Source: the human T2T-CHM13v2.0 reference genome, Homo sapiens
Assembly (NCBI RefSeq): GCF_009914755.1
Contig: NC_060935.1
DNA length: 64,000 bases
Reading direction: 5' to 3' (one strand)
Shown: in pieces, positions 34,601 to 49,899 of the stretch
Layout: the number at the start of each line of letters is the position of its first letter
Position numbering within the stretch: the stretch's first letter is position 1
Notes under the pieces: generated by a model
Database searches by the model: none
Told to the model about the DNA's origin: nothing
Seen by the model: only the letters and a program-made list of their open reading frames with translations
Translations under genes and position numbers: made by a program

Positions 34601-35262
34601 GCCATTCATTTAATCTTTTTTCAAGGTTTTTACCTTCCACGTGATGGGTTCAAACATCCTCCTTCAGCTCAGAGAAATTTGTTATTACCGTCCTTCTGAA
34701 GCCCTCTTCTGTCAGCTCATCAAAGTCATTCTCTATCCAGCTATATTCCATTGCTGGTGAGGAGCTGCAATCCTTTGCAGGAGAAGAGGCGCTCTGGTTT
34801 TTAGAAATTTCAGCTTTTCTGCTCTGGTTTCTCTCCATCTTTGTGGTTTTATTTAACTTTGGTCTTTGATGTTGTGACCTACAGATGGGGTTTTGGTGTG
34901 GATGTTCTTTTTGTTGATGTTGATGGTATTCCTTTCTGTTTGTTAGTTTTCCATGTAACAGTCAGGGCCCTCAGCTACAGGTCTGTTGGACTTTCCTGGT
35001 GGTCCACTCCAGACCCTGTTTGCGTAGATATCACCAGCAGAGGCTGCAGAACAGCAAATATTGCAGAACAGGAAACATTGCTGCCTGATCCTTCCTCTGG
35101 AAGCTTCATCCCAGAGGGGCACCCACCTGTACGAGGTGTCAGTCAGCCCCTACTGGGAGGTGTCTCCCAGTTAGGCTACATGGGGGTCAGGGACACACTT
35201 GAGGAGGCAGTCTGTCCATTCTCAGAGCTCAAACACCGTGCTGGGAGAACCACTGCCCTCTC
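31677..35262 (-). mobile_element. Second L1PA (about PA7-8), truncated at both ends
   Basis: Begins mid-RT (PLKTGTR...IRQE), contains the EN ORF 32942-33640, ORF1 34137-34838 and part of the 5'UTR. Confidence 0.93.
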
Positions 35263-36114
35263 CCTATGTATTATATCCACTTTCTGAATTCTTTTCTATA
35301 AATTATAATTTTTATATAATATTGTGTTTTTCAGCCTGAGGAACTTTTTTTTGCATTTTGCATAATACAGGTCTGATGGCTGTTACATTTCTCATCTCTC
35401 AAGTACTGAGCTAATTACTGAATTTCATATGGCAGTTTGAGACCACATTTAGATCTCCCCTAACACAAAAAAGGTAAAAGATTGAGAGTGAGAGGAAATT
35501 CCAGCAATTTGCTAGTACACGGGGTTTTGGAAAAGAGTTTGAAGTTCAATTTCTGCCCTAGTAGGGTGATGTAGTAAATTTTCAGCTTTCTGTTGAAACT
35601 CAATACGGTCCATGTCTCAGCATTAATGTCAACATTCCAGAATTAAGGATTATACAATAACACTTTTTGACATCCTTTATCAATAGGGCTACTCTCTTTA
35701 TCTTTTATGATCTTCACGTTTTTATAGTTATAATTTGTTTTTATGCAGTTGTATCAACAGAAGCATTTACAGCCTTGTATCTTTCCTACAAATAATACAA
35801 TTCTCAAACAGAGCATTAAATAACTTCAGTGTAGTTCTCCCATTCTAGTGAGAAGGGGTTCATCGTCCTTTCCTAGCATTAGCTGACTTCATGTCACATA
35901 TGAGAGAAACTGGAGTTTTATTCTCTGGAAACAAAATAATGTCATGTGTAAAGAATAAGAGTGTCCATTCTAGGTGCTATCACCCATTTGTGTGCTCCTT
36001 TTACATCTGACACGATTTTTCCTTTAAACTATTACCTATTTAATTCCAACTCATCTTTTAAAAAAGCCATTATTATATGGTTTGTAAGGGGTATAATATG
36101 TCCATTTGAGGTAC

Positions 36115-36416
36115 TTTTTTGTTTGTTTCTTTTGAGACAGAGTCTCACTGTGTCGTCCAGGCTGGGATGCAGTGGAATGATCCTGGCTCATTGCAACTTC
36201 TGCCTCCCAGGTTCAAGGTATTCTCCTGCCTCAGCCTCCCAAGTAGCTGGGATTATAGGCATGTAAGACCACACCCAGCTAATTTTTGTATTTTTAGTAG
36301 AGGCTGGTTTTCACCATGTCGGTCAGGCTGGTCTCAAACTGCTGACCTCAGGTGATCTGCCCACCTTGGCCTCCCAAAGTGTTGTCGATTACAGGCGTGA
36401 GCCACTGCTACCGGCT
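36115..36416 (-). mobile_element. AluS-like element
   Basis: T-rich tail, gagacagagtctcac...ctgacctcaggtgatctgcccaccttggcctcccaaag...gagccactgctaccggc. Confidence 0.9.
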
Positions 36417-36419
36417 TAT

Positions 36420-38042
36420 GTGATGTACTTCTTAGCTCATTTATGTCCACTGGCCATGAGAAAATTTGTGCTTTGATTCAATGAGATTTGGGGATCAAAT
36501 TGGTAGTCCATGTATTGTTTCACTAGCCAGATGGTGTTTTCATTTGTGGCTTGGATTACAGGCTAAGTGAATCTCAAAGTGTCATTAAAAGTCTAATCAT
36601 GATAAACCCATTTGACATCACTAGGAGCTATGGCTATTGATCCTTTGTAATAACCCTAAAAGCTCTGTTTTGGTTCTTGGCACTAGCAAGTACTCTTTAA
36701 TCCTATTTAAACAGTGTTTCTGCTATTGATAAAACACCTGAGTCTTTATGATATTACTGGTTTTGGTTGACTTAGTGGAGTATGTCACTATTCTTCCCAT
36801 CATTATGTGTCATTCATCTCATATATCCAAATGGCCACTGAAAATGCAGGGACAAAGACTTTCTATTCTTTTTTTAAAAGAATCAAAACCTAGGTTCCTT
36901 AAAGACCTATAGCACTCAGTTTAATCTTCCCTTAGAATCCTAATGTGGCTTCCACAATAGCATCCTCTGTTGCTGGATTTCTTGATCAACCATATGTATG
37001 AGCAGCAAAAACTTTAGTTCATGGAGCATTTGGTTCTCACTCTCAGAGCAATGTCTGAATATTTCCTGACACCTGTGGTGTAACCACACCATTTGGTCAG
37101 GTAGACCAGAGGTTTGTCTACCTGACCAAATGGTGTGGTTACACCACAGGTGTCAGGAAATATTCAGACATTGCTCTGAGAGTGAGAACCAAATGCTCCA
37201 TGAACTAAAGTTTATGCTGCTCATACATATGGTCATTCAGAGGACTTAACTTTACCTTCTTGAACCAAATTTCTACTATTCAGAGGGAGAATTTCAGCAG
37301 ATTTCCATATGAATCATACCCTTTCGTTTGAAAATCTCCATTAGGAAATTAAATATCTTGTTTTTCTTTATCAGGAAAAGGATAATTGCATTCATACCAG
37401 TGATTAGCAGGAATGAAAACCTCTGTCAGAGGTTCTATTTGTTCTGAAATTTATACTTATAAATATGATATATTTCTCAGAGCCACCCCCTTGAACATTT
37501 CTACATATGCTCTTTCAATTTTATTAAGAAACGTTGTCATGCCATGCTATGCTTTTTTAACTGGCCCTCTAATGTCACCATGACATCGAGGACACTCATA
37601 ATGAATTAATCTGTGTCTCTGTGAAAGTTCAAGCACTTCTCAGTAGTTGTCTTTCAAATTGCCCTCATCTGGCCAGTGTATTAGGAATATTGAATCCAAA
37701 ATGCCAGTTTTCATCCTAGGTTGGCAGAATTAGGCTTCTGTGGGAGTCTCCAGTGTGCATAACTTCCCATAGAAGACACTTCTGAAAACAACTGGGCATT
37801 AAGGTTATTGGGTTTCCATGGCATTGTGTGAGTAACTTCCCATTATAAATCTCCCAGAGTTATTGTTACTTCTTTGTGTTACTAGGATGTGAAAGAGATG
37901 TTATATTTGGTAATGTTTCTAAAATGTCTCTGTTGGTCATGGACCAAGTTGTTCCAAGGAACTTGCCTTATTACTTCAAACTCTGTATTTTGGCTAGACT
38001 GATGAGTCACACTAGACACTGATATTTACTGTCACTCCCATA
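36420..38042 (-). mobile_element. Highly degenerate ERVL-class pol/integrase relic
   Basis: Reverse translation near 36430-36600 gives DTLRFT*PVIQATNENTIW...QFDPQISLNQSTNF...K*AK, which resembles an ERVL integrase core (DT..F.FP...A...TI...G.P..I.SDQGTHF...WA). Extent is approximate. Confidence 0.45.
36989..37233. repeat. Near-perfect inverted repeat (118-bp arms, 9-nt spacer)
   Basis: 36989-37106 is the reverse complement of 37116-37233 except for one A:A mismatch (37008/37214); spacer cagaggttt. Confidence 0.98.
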
Positions 38043-40379
<2,337 letters not shown>

Positions 40380-40934
40380 ACTGAACATATTTATTCCTAG
40401 TTCTAAGGCAACAAATAGGCGGTAAAATACTGCAGTCAATTCAACAGATTCTGTAGGGATGCTTCTCTCTATCTACATAAAGCCATCAGAAAAGTAGTAT
40501 AAATTATCCACTGAGACTAGAATAAATCTAAAGAGAAATTTGGAGAATGAATAAAATCACAGGTACTGAATAAAAGGTCTTGGTACAAGTAAAAATAAAA
40601 CCAAGCTCACCTTGTAACTTTATTTTTCTCAGTTTATATTGAATTAGGACTTAAAGTTATTGATTATTTTCAAAAGAGAAAACACAAGCCACTTCTGTAG
40701 ATGTACTTTTACCCAAATTCATGAGAAAGCAATTTGGCTAATACTTAAAACAGATTTCTGGGGAAAAGAGAGTTGTTTTTAAATCTTATTTTTTTATTAT
40801 TCTATTAGTAAAGCAGCTTTCTGTGTTATTAATTTTGTTTTAAGGTTGCTTCCATTCCGCAAGTCATGTCTATGCATTTCCAGTTCAGGATATTTGGATG
40901 ACAGATGATATTGTCTTTAATGAAAGACAGGATT

Positions 40935-41211
40935 GGCTAGGTGCAGTGGCTCACACTTGCAATCGTAGGACTTTGGGAGGCCGAGGCAGGTGGATCACAA
41001 GGTCAGGAGTTCAAGACCAGCCCAGCCACGATGGTGAAACCCCATCTGTACTAAAAATACAAAAATTACTGGGGATTGGTGGCAGGCATCTGTAATCCCA
41101 GCTATTTGGGAGGCTGAGGCAGAGAACTGCTTGAACCCGGGAGGTGGAGCTTTCAGTGGGGCAAGATTGTGCCATGGCACTTCAGCCTGTGTGACAGAGT
41201 GAGACTCCATC
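40935..41211 (+). mobile_element. AluS-like element lacking its A-tail
   Basis: ggctaggtgcagtggctcacac...gagactccatc runs directly into L1 sequence. Confidence 0.9.
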
Positions 41212-41387
41212 AGGGGGGAGGGATAGCATTGGGAGATATACCTAATGCTAGATGATGAGTTAGTGGGTGCAGCACACCAGCATGGCACATGTATACATAT
41301 GTAACTAACCTGCACAATGTGCACATGTACCCTAAAACTTAAAGTAGAATAATAAAAAATAAATAAATAGATAAATAAATAAATAAA
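41212..41387 (+). mobile_element. Young (L1PA2-like) L1 3' end
   Basis: gggatagcattgggagatatacctaatgctagatgatgagttagtgggtgcagc...ccctaaaacttaaagtagaataataaa plus a (TAAA)n tail. Confidence 0.9.
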
Positions 41388-43775
41388 GAGAAAGGAACCG
41401 CGAAAAAAAAATAAAAAATAAATAAAAATTTAAAAAGGCACTCTTAGTGAACAATTTTGTAAGATGGAATGTAGATAATGATGAAAACAGATGCTAGTTC
41501 TTTACTGCAGGAAAAAAATACTTTAGTTTTTAGAATCATACTAATTCAAGTTATAAACACATTTTTATGATTTTCCTTGCTTGTTCTCATGTGCTTTTTT
41601 GCCACTCTCTGAAGAAAAGGCAAAGCTTCTTATATTCATGATGCTGAAAATATGGATAAGGAAAAGTGTTATTTAGCATAAGCAACATGTTTTCTAAATG
41701 TTGTATTTAAACTGCTAATAGACTTAAATAGATTTGTTGTGTAAGCAAAATTTTGGTTTTCAATTTCATGATAAAAAACAAGTTTTTCTCAGTGTGCAGC
41801 CACCTTAGGACATCAGAAAACAAGAAGATTGAATTGTTTTCATTATAATATAGAACACTATCTATGCTTTGTAAGAGTTAGTTTTTTAAAATAAATTTTT
41901 TTGTATGTTGAATATACAACATGATGTTACGGGATACATGTAGAGAGTAAAAAGGTTACTATTGTGAAGCAAATTAATATATGCATCATCTAAAATACTC
42001 ACTTTTTGTGGAAAAGCAGATAACATCTACTCTTTTAGCATGAATACCAAATACAGTAAAATTTTATTACCTATTGTCCTCATGTTGTATATTAGTCAGA
42101 GGATATAATGTAACAGAAGAAGAAATGAAAAATGAGCAAGTCTAGAGATCTCATGTACAAGAATTTACTTTTCTAAATGAAAACATATTTTATAACTTAA
42201 ATTACTTGAAAATTTTATAATTTGTATGCACATCAAATGATATGTGAAATTCAGAATATTATCAATGTAATTGAAACTACCTGTGTCTACCCCGCTGATG
42301 CCATTCCTCTTTTTCTCCCCAGGGATAAACCAAACACTAAAGTTTTTGTTAATCATAGTTAAAATAGTTTAATTACATATGTACTTTTCCTTAAAAGGTA
42401 TTGTTTAGATTTTCATATTCCTTGCCTTTATTAAAATTGTATTATCCATAGTTTTCTGAATTTTACTTTCTTTCACAATGTAAACATTCTAAGATTTGAT
42501 TATATTACTGTATGTTGCTTTAGTCTCTTAATTTTCCGTGCTGTATATTATTCCATGTGTGAATATACCACCAATTATGCATTGGTTCAATCAGAGGCCA
42601 TTTGCAGTGTTTATGTTTTTTTTTTAATTCATGTTGCACAATATGCAGCTATGGACATCCTGAAAAAATTATTTTGTGTTAAAAATAATGCTTATACACT
42701 TTTACAGATTACTGCATTTTTTTCCTAATGTATTATTAATCACCTCCTTAACCAGTTAAGTTACTTCTACCAACAGTGCATAACAGTTCCATTGCTCTAC
42801 ATCCTTACCAACACCTCACTATAGTGAGATGTTTGATAATTTTTCCTAATGTAATAGCTTTAAGGCTGTAAGTTCATTGTGGTTTTAATTTGCAGTCTTT
42901 ATTGCCACTGAAGTTGAGTATATTCTTAACGTGTTTATTGAATCTCATTTTTTTCTAATTTTCTATGAAATGTGTATTTATGTATCTTACCAACTTTTCT
43001 ACTGGTTGTTTTCTATTATTTTTAATTTATTGGACTTCTTTAGGAAACCTGTGTATTGAATCCTTATTGTTTATATGTATTGCAAACATTTTCTCAGTTT
43101 GTGATTTCCTTTTTTATACTTCTCATTTCATTTGATGAATAAAAGCCTCATGATTTCATTTTTTCTTTATTTATTAAACAAATAAAAATTGCATGTATTT
43201 ATTATATACAATATGTTGTCTTAAAACATGTATACATTGGGGAAGGATTAAATTGAGCTATTTAGCATATGCATTGCCTTACATAGTCATCATATTTTTG
43301 TGATGAAAACACTTAAAATCTACTGTCTTAGCAATTTTCAAGAATAGGTTGTTACTAACTATAGTCACCATGTTGTACAATAGATCTCTTGAATTTATTC
43401 CTTCTATACAATTGAAATTGTGTATTCTTTGACCAAAATCTCCCCAACACGCCTGGTAACCACTATTCTACTTTCTACTGTTATGAGTTCAACTTTTTTG
43501 GATTTCACATATAAGTGAGATTATGTGATATTTGTCTTCCTATGCCTGGGTTATAGCTTAATGCAATGTCCTCCAGTTTCATCCACATTGCCACAAATGA
43601 CAAGATTTCCTTCCTTTTAAAGGCTAAATAGTATTCATTGTGTATATGTACCACATTTTCTTTATCCATTCATCCACCGGTGGACACTTCAGTTGATTCT
43701 GTATCTTGGCTATTGTGAATAATGCTGCAATGAATGTAGTTGTGCAGATATCTCTTTGACATACTGATTTTCTTT

Positions 43776-44122
<347 letters not shown>

Positions 44123-44457
44123 CATACTGATTTTCTTTTTAAAAAATAATATATACCTAGCAATGGGATGGCTGGGTCATATGATAGCTTTAATTTTTGA
44201 GAACGCTTCATGCTGTTTTCCATAATAGCTGTACTAATTTACATTACTAGTAACAGTGTGCAAGGGTTCTCTGTTCTCCACATCCTCACCAACACTTGTT
44301 GTCATTTGTCTTTTTGATAATAGCCAGTCTAATAGGTGTGAGATAACATTTAATTGTGGTTTTATTTTGCATTCCTCTGATGATTAGTGATTTTGAGCAT
44401 TTTTATACACATATTGGTCATTTTTATGTCATGTTTAGAGAAATGCTTACTCAAATC

Positions 44458-46669
44458 TGATATGGTTTGGCTGTGTCCCTACTCAGATCTCATCTTGAAT
44501 TCCCACGTGTTGTAGGAGGGACCTGGTGGAAGGTAATTGAATCATGGGGGCAAGTCTCTCTCCTGCTGTTCCCATGATGGTGAGTAAGTCTCATGAGATC
44601 TGATGGTTTTATAAAGAGGACTTTCCCTGCACAAGCTGTCAGAAAGCTTGTCTGCTGCCATTCATATAAGACATCTCTTGTTCCTAGTTGCCTTTTGCCA
44701 TGACTGGGAGGCCTCCATAGTTATGTGGAACTGTAAGTCTATTAAACCTCTTTCTTTTGTAAATTGCCCAGTCTTGGGTACATCTTTATCAGCAGTGTGA
44801 AAATAAACTAATACAGTAAATTGGTACCGAGAGTGGGGCACTGCTGAAAAGATACCCGAAAATAAGGAAGCGACTTTGGAACTGGGTAACAGGAAGAGGT
44901 TGGGACAGTTTGGAGGGCTCAGAAAAAGACAGAAAAACATGGGAAAGTTTAAAACTCTCTAGAGACTTGTTGAATGGCTTTGACCAAGATGCTGATAATG
45001 GTGTAGACAATGAAATCCAGGCTGAGGTGGTCTCAGATGGAGATGAGGAACTTCTTGGGAACTGGAGCAAAGGTGACTCTTGTTACATTTTAGCAAAGAC
45101 ACTGGTGGCATTTTGCCCCTGCCCTAGAGTTCTGTGGAACTGTGAACTTGAGAGAGATGATTTATGGTATCTGGCAGAAGAAATTTTTAATCTGCAAAGC
45201 ATTCAAAGCGTGACTTCGGTGCTATTGAAAGCAATAGTTTTATAAGGGAAGCAGAGCATAAAAGTTTGGAAAATTTGCAGCCTTACAATAGTGATAGAAA
45301 AGAAATTTGCAGCCTTACTATACAATAGTGATAGAAAAGAAAATTCCATTTTCCAAGAAGAAATTTAAACCAGCTGCAGAAATTTGCATAAGTCACAAGC
45401 CAAATGTTAATCATCAAGACACTGTAGAAAGTGTCTCCTAGGCATATCAGAGAACTCTGAAGCAGCCCCTCCCAACACAGGCCTGGAGGCTTAGAAGAAA
45501 ATAAAAGGTTTCATGGGCCTGGCCCAGGGTTCCTCTGGTGTGTGCAGTCTAGGGACTTCGTGCCCTGCATCTCAGCTGCTCCAGCTGTGACTAAAAGGGG
45601 CCAAGGTACAGTTCAGACCATGTTTTCAGAGGGTGCAAGCCCTAAGCCTTGGCAGCTTCCACATGGCATTGAGCCTGTAGGTGCACAGAAGTCAAGAATT
45701 GGGGTTTGGCAACCTCTGCCTAGATTTCAGAGAATGAATGGAAACGTCTGGATGTCCAGGCAGAAGTTTGCTGCAGGGCTGGGGCACTCATGGAGTACCT
45801 TTGCTAGGGCAGGGTAGAAGGAAAATGTGGGGTTGGAACCCTGACACAGAGTCCCTGCATAGGGGAGCTTTGGAACTGTGAGAAGAGGGCAAAACCACAT
45901 GGTGGAGCTGCCCAAGAACATGGTAACCCACCTCTTGCATCAGCATGACCTGGATGTGAGACATGGAGTCAAAAGAGATGATCATTTTGGAGCTGTAAGA
46001 TTTGACTGCCCTGCTGGATTTCGGACTTGCATTGGCTGTGTAGCCCCTTTGATTTGGCCAATTTCTCCCATTTGGAATGACTGTATTACCCAAGGCCTGT
46101 ACCCCAGAAGTATCTCAGAAGTATCTCAAAAGTAACTAATTTGCTTTTGATTTTACAGGCTCATAGGCAGAAGGGACTTGCCTTATCTCAAATGAGACTT
46201 TAGACTGTGAACTTTGAGTTGATGCTGAAATGAGTTAAGACTTTGGGAGACTGTTGGGAAGGCAAGATTGATTTTGAAATATGAAAAGATGAGATATAGG
46301 AGGGGCTATGGGTGGAATGATATGGTTTGGCTGTGTCTCCACTCAAATTTCATATTGAATTCCCATGTGTTGTGGGAGGGACCCAGTGGGAGGTAATTGA
46401 ATCATACTGGCAAGTCTTTTCTGTGGTGTTCTTGTGATAGTGAATAAGTCTCATGAGTTCTGATGGTTTTATAAAGAGGAGTTCCCCTGGACAAGCTCTC
46501 TCTCCTTGGCTGCTGCCATTCATATAAGACATGACTTGCACCTCCTTGCTTTCCACCATGATTGTGATGCCTCCACAGCCATGTGGAACTATAAGTCCAT
46601 TAAACTTCTTTCTTTTGTAAATTTCCCAGTCTCAGGTATGTCTTTATCAGGAACATGACAACCAATACA
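44458..46669 (+). mobile_element. THE1 (MaLR) element: LTR-internal-LTR
   Basis: LTRs 44458-44815 and 46318-46669 (tgatatggtttggctgtgtc...aataca); internal ORF relic EGSEKDRKTWESLKL...DGDEELLGNWSKGDSCY; TSD aaatc/agatc. Confidence 0.95.
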
Positions 46670-47239
46670 AGATCCTTTGCCTATTTTGTATTTGCACTAT
46701 TTTTCTTTCTATTGAGTTGTTTGAATTCCTTATGTATTTTGGATATTAAGCCTTTATCAGTTATACGGTTTGCAAATATGTTTCTTCTATTCTGTAGGTT
46801 GTCTTTCCACACTGTTAATTGTTTCCTTTCTTTACAGAAGGTTTTTAGTTCAATGTAATCCCATTTATCTTTGTGCTTTTGGTTGTCTGTGCATATCCAA
46901 AAAATCATTGTCCAGACCAATATCATGGAGATTTCCCACTGTTTTCTTCTAACAGTTTTATAGTTTCAGGTCTTACCACATTTAAGTCTTTATTTTCTTT
47001 ATTCCATTTTGAGTTGACTTTTGTACATAATATGAGATAAGGGTCTAATTTCATTCTTCTGCATGTGGCTAGCTAGGTGTCCCAATGCCAGTTATTGAAG
47101 GTACTGTCTTTTTTCTTTTTTGTGTTCTAGGCACCTTTATCAAAAACCAATTGACTATATGGCTGATTTAGTTCTGGGCTCTCTGCTTTTTTCCATTGGT
47201 CTATGGAACCATGCTCTTTTGATTACTATACATTTGTAG

Positions 47240-49290
47240 TATATTTGGAGAATAGAAACTTCTTAATGTAGTAAAATTTCTGTCTTTATGTGTATAGTCA
47301 GCATTTCTATATTTTACTTAAGAAGTTCTTCTCTGTCATATGGCCAGGAAAATATCATTCTATATTGTTTTCTAAAGATTGTAAAATTGTGCAATTTTTA
47401 ATTTTCAATTTTAATTCACAGAATATTAATTTTTATGTACATTGTGAAATATATATTCAGTTTCATTTTTCTCTTAATGTAGATACTTGGCTGTCTAAGC
47501 ATCATTTATCAATCCTTTCACACAACAGGTTTTCATCTATGTTTGAGTCTAGTTCTACTTTATTCTGGTCAACTAATTCATTTATTTCTAACCTTGTTTA
47601 TTGCCATAACTGAATAATAACTGTTTAAATATGAGACGGAATCTCATAACATTTGCCTTTTCTTAAAATTAATTGCTTTATCTTTCTTGGTCCTTTGTTT
47701 CTCCATATACATCTGGTTCATGTTTATATACAGCTTGTCATGTTTTAAAAAATCTGTTGGGATTTTTATTGAAATTGCATTGAAGCTGTCAATAAGTTAG
47801 GAAAGAACTGACATCTTTGTAATATTGAATCTTCCTACTCATAAATATAACAAGTTTGTATTCACATCTTTTTTAATGATCTTAAATTTTGAAAAATTTT
47901 ATAAAAAGTCCTTTCATATCTTTTAATGAATTTCTCTTATACATTTTTGTTGCTGTTCACAACAGCCTTACTGAACATAGATTTTACTAATATTTGTGAG
48001 CTGCATTATGTAAGCAAACTGGTGTCACTTTAAATTAACAATTTATATTCATTTTGTTAATAGGGAGATAGTTTACCATTGATACTCCTTTTATGAATTC
48101 AATTTTCACATACTTTAATTTCATTGGCATGCTGAAAATCTTTTTATTGACAAAAACTTGTAAATTAAACAAAAAAAAATTTCTAGTTTTTATATTGTCA
48201 AAGGGTTATACTTTTTATTTCAATGATATTTGTCAATCATATTTTATTATAATTTTGTGTTTTCTAATTAAAGATTACTTAACAATTCATAAATATTTTC
48301 TTCTAGCTCACTTAATTTTTTTTCTTATTTAAAGCTTTGAGTGTACATATATTTATGTGTATGGGGAGATTTTAGAGAAAAAGATAATGTTTGTGTATAC
48401 GTGTGTTTCTTTGTGTGTACATACGTATAAAGATTTAAAACTATTTTTCAAATGGTTTTCATTTGCCCTAAAACCAATTTTTAAAACACATGAATAAAAA
48501 AGTTCAAACTCGTTTCCTAATCTAGTATGCCCTGTTTGTCATACTTAATGTCCAAATATTTATATATCTATGTGGAAAGTATCTCTTTTGATTGAATGAT
48601 TATTCCTAAGCCAGTACCCCACTATTTTAGTTCATGTAAATAGATTTTTTATATCTGATAATAGGCCTATCATTGAATACTCTTATTAAACAAAATTTTT
48701 CAACATTAATATTTGAGTAATCTTACAAGATTGCAGAAATTGCTGAGGCTGTTGACTGAGAGTATAATTAATAATTAATCTGGAAAATAATTGAAATCTT
48801 GAATACATTAAATCATTCTATCTGGCAACATGAAAAGTGTCTGCATTTATTTATTTAGGTTGCTGAGATTCCTCACTAATTCTTTTTTGTTTGTTTGTTG
48901 TTTTCATATTAGTCTTCACATTTTTTGTTTCTGATTATGTTTTGTAATTTGGGTTACATGAATGAAAGGTATCCTTTCCACATCATATCTTCTAGATAAT
49001 CATTATGTCTTATATTCAAGAAAGTTGAATCTTGAATTCAGGCACTGTACTGGACTCTCTTATTTAATGTAATAGATTTTTAGTTAACACTTTTGGATTT
49101 GCTAGACAAAAATATCATTTTAAGAATTTGTCTTTCTAATATTTTATATTATATTTCTCATTATATTAGTGCGTGTTAATTGGTATAAAAATGAGACAAT
49201 AATTGGATAGAGGAAAACTTGATTGAATTTTAGCTTCAATGGGGATGCCTGTGGTATTTCCTTTAAAAAATGTGCTCATTAAAAATTGTC
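47240..49290 (-). mobile_element. Very old L1M ORF2 remnants
   Basis: gttgggatttttattgaaattgcattgaag...gaactgacatctttgtaatattgaatcttcc resembles degenerate antisense L1 ORF2. Confidence 0.5.
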
Positions 49291-49899
49291 ACCCCCAGCT
49301 ATATTTCAGTATCCTGACAGGAACAGACACCACTCTTCAGAGGAACAGCTGAAGACTATTTACGAATTGTTTGCAGAGTTAATCACTTAAAAAAAAAAAT
49401 GGTAAAATACCCAGGGCTAGCAATAGTGGGAAATCATGACCATCCCTTGTTCTGAAGGGGCAAAGGAGAGATTTGTTTCAGATGGTGATAGCTGTAGCAG
49501 AGGAGGAGAGGTCACTGGTAAGGAGATATGGCTTAGTTAAAGAGACTGGAAATTTCCAAACCATGACCCACAAGGAAAAGTGCTTTGCATGAGTTAGCTT
49601 CCTAGAGCTGAAAACGCAGTGGAAACATTAGAAGTGGATCTGCAGAAGAAAATGTAGTATATCCATAACAATTCATCCTTTTTCGCTCCTACCATCCACT
49701 TTTGGCTTTTGGCCAGGAAGTAAAACTCTGTCCCAAACACAAGGAACATACAAAATCCCTTCACCTTCCCTATCATGAATTGGTTTCAAATTATACATAC
49801 TCCCACCTCAAACCAAATTGAAATATGAACCGCCAGTGCTATTATTTAGAGTAATGGGGAGGAGAAATAAAAGAGAAATGGCTAGTGAAACTATTACCA

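Noticed and set aside
44662-46135. ORFs within THE1
   Set aside because: Known decayed MaLR internal ORF and LTR antisense frames.
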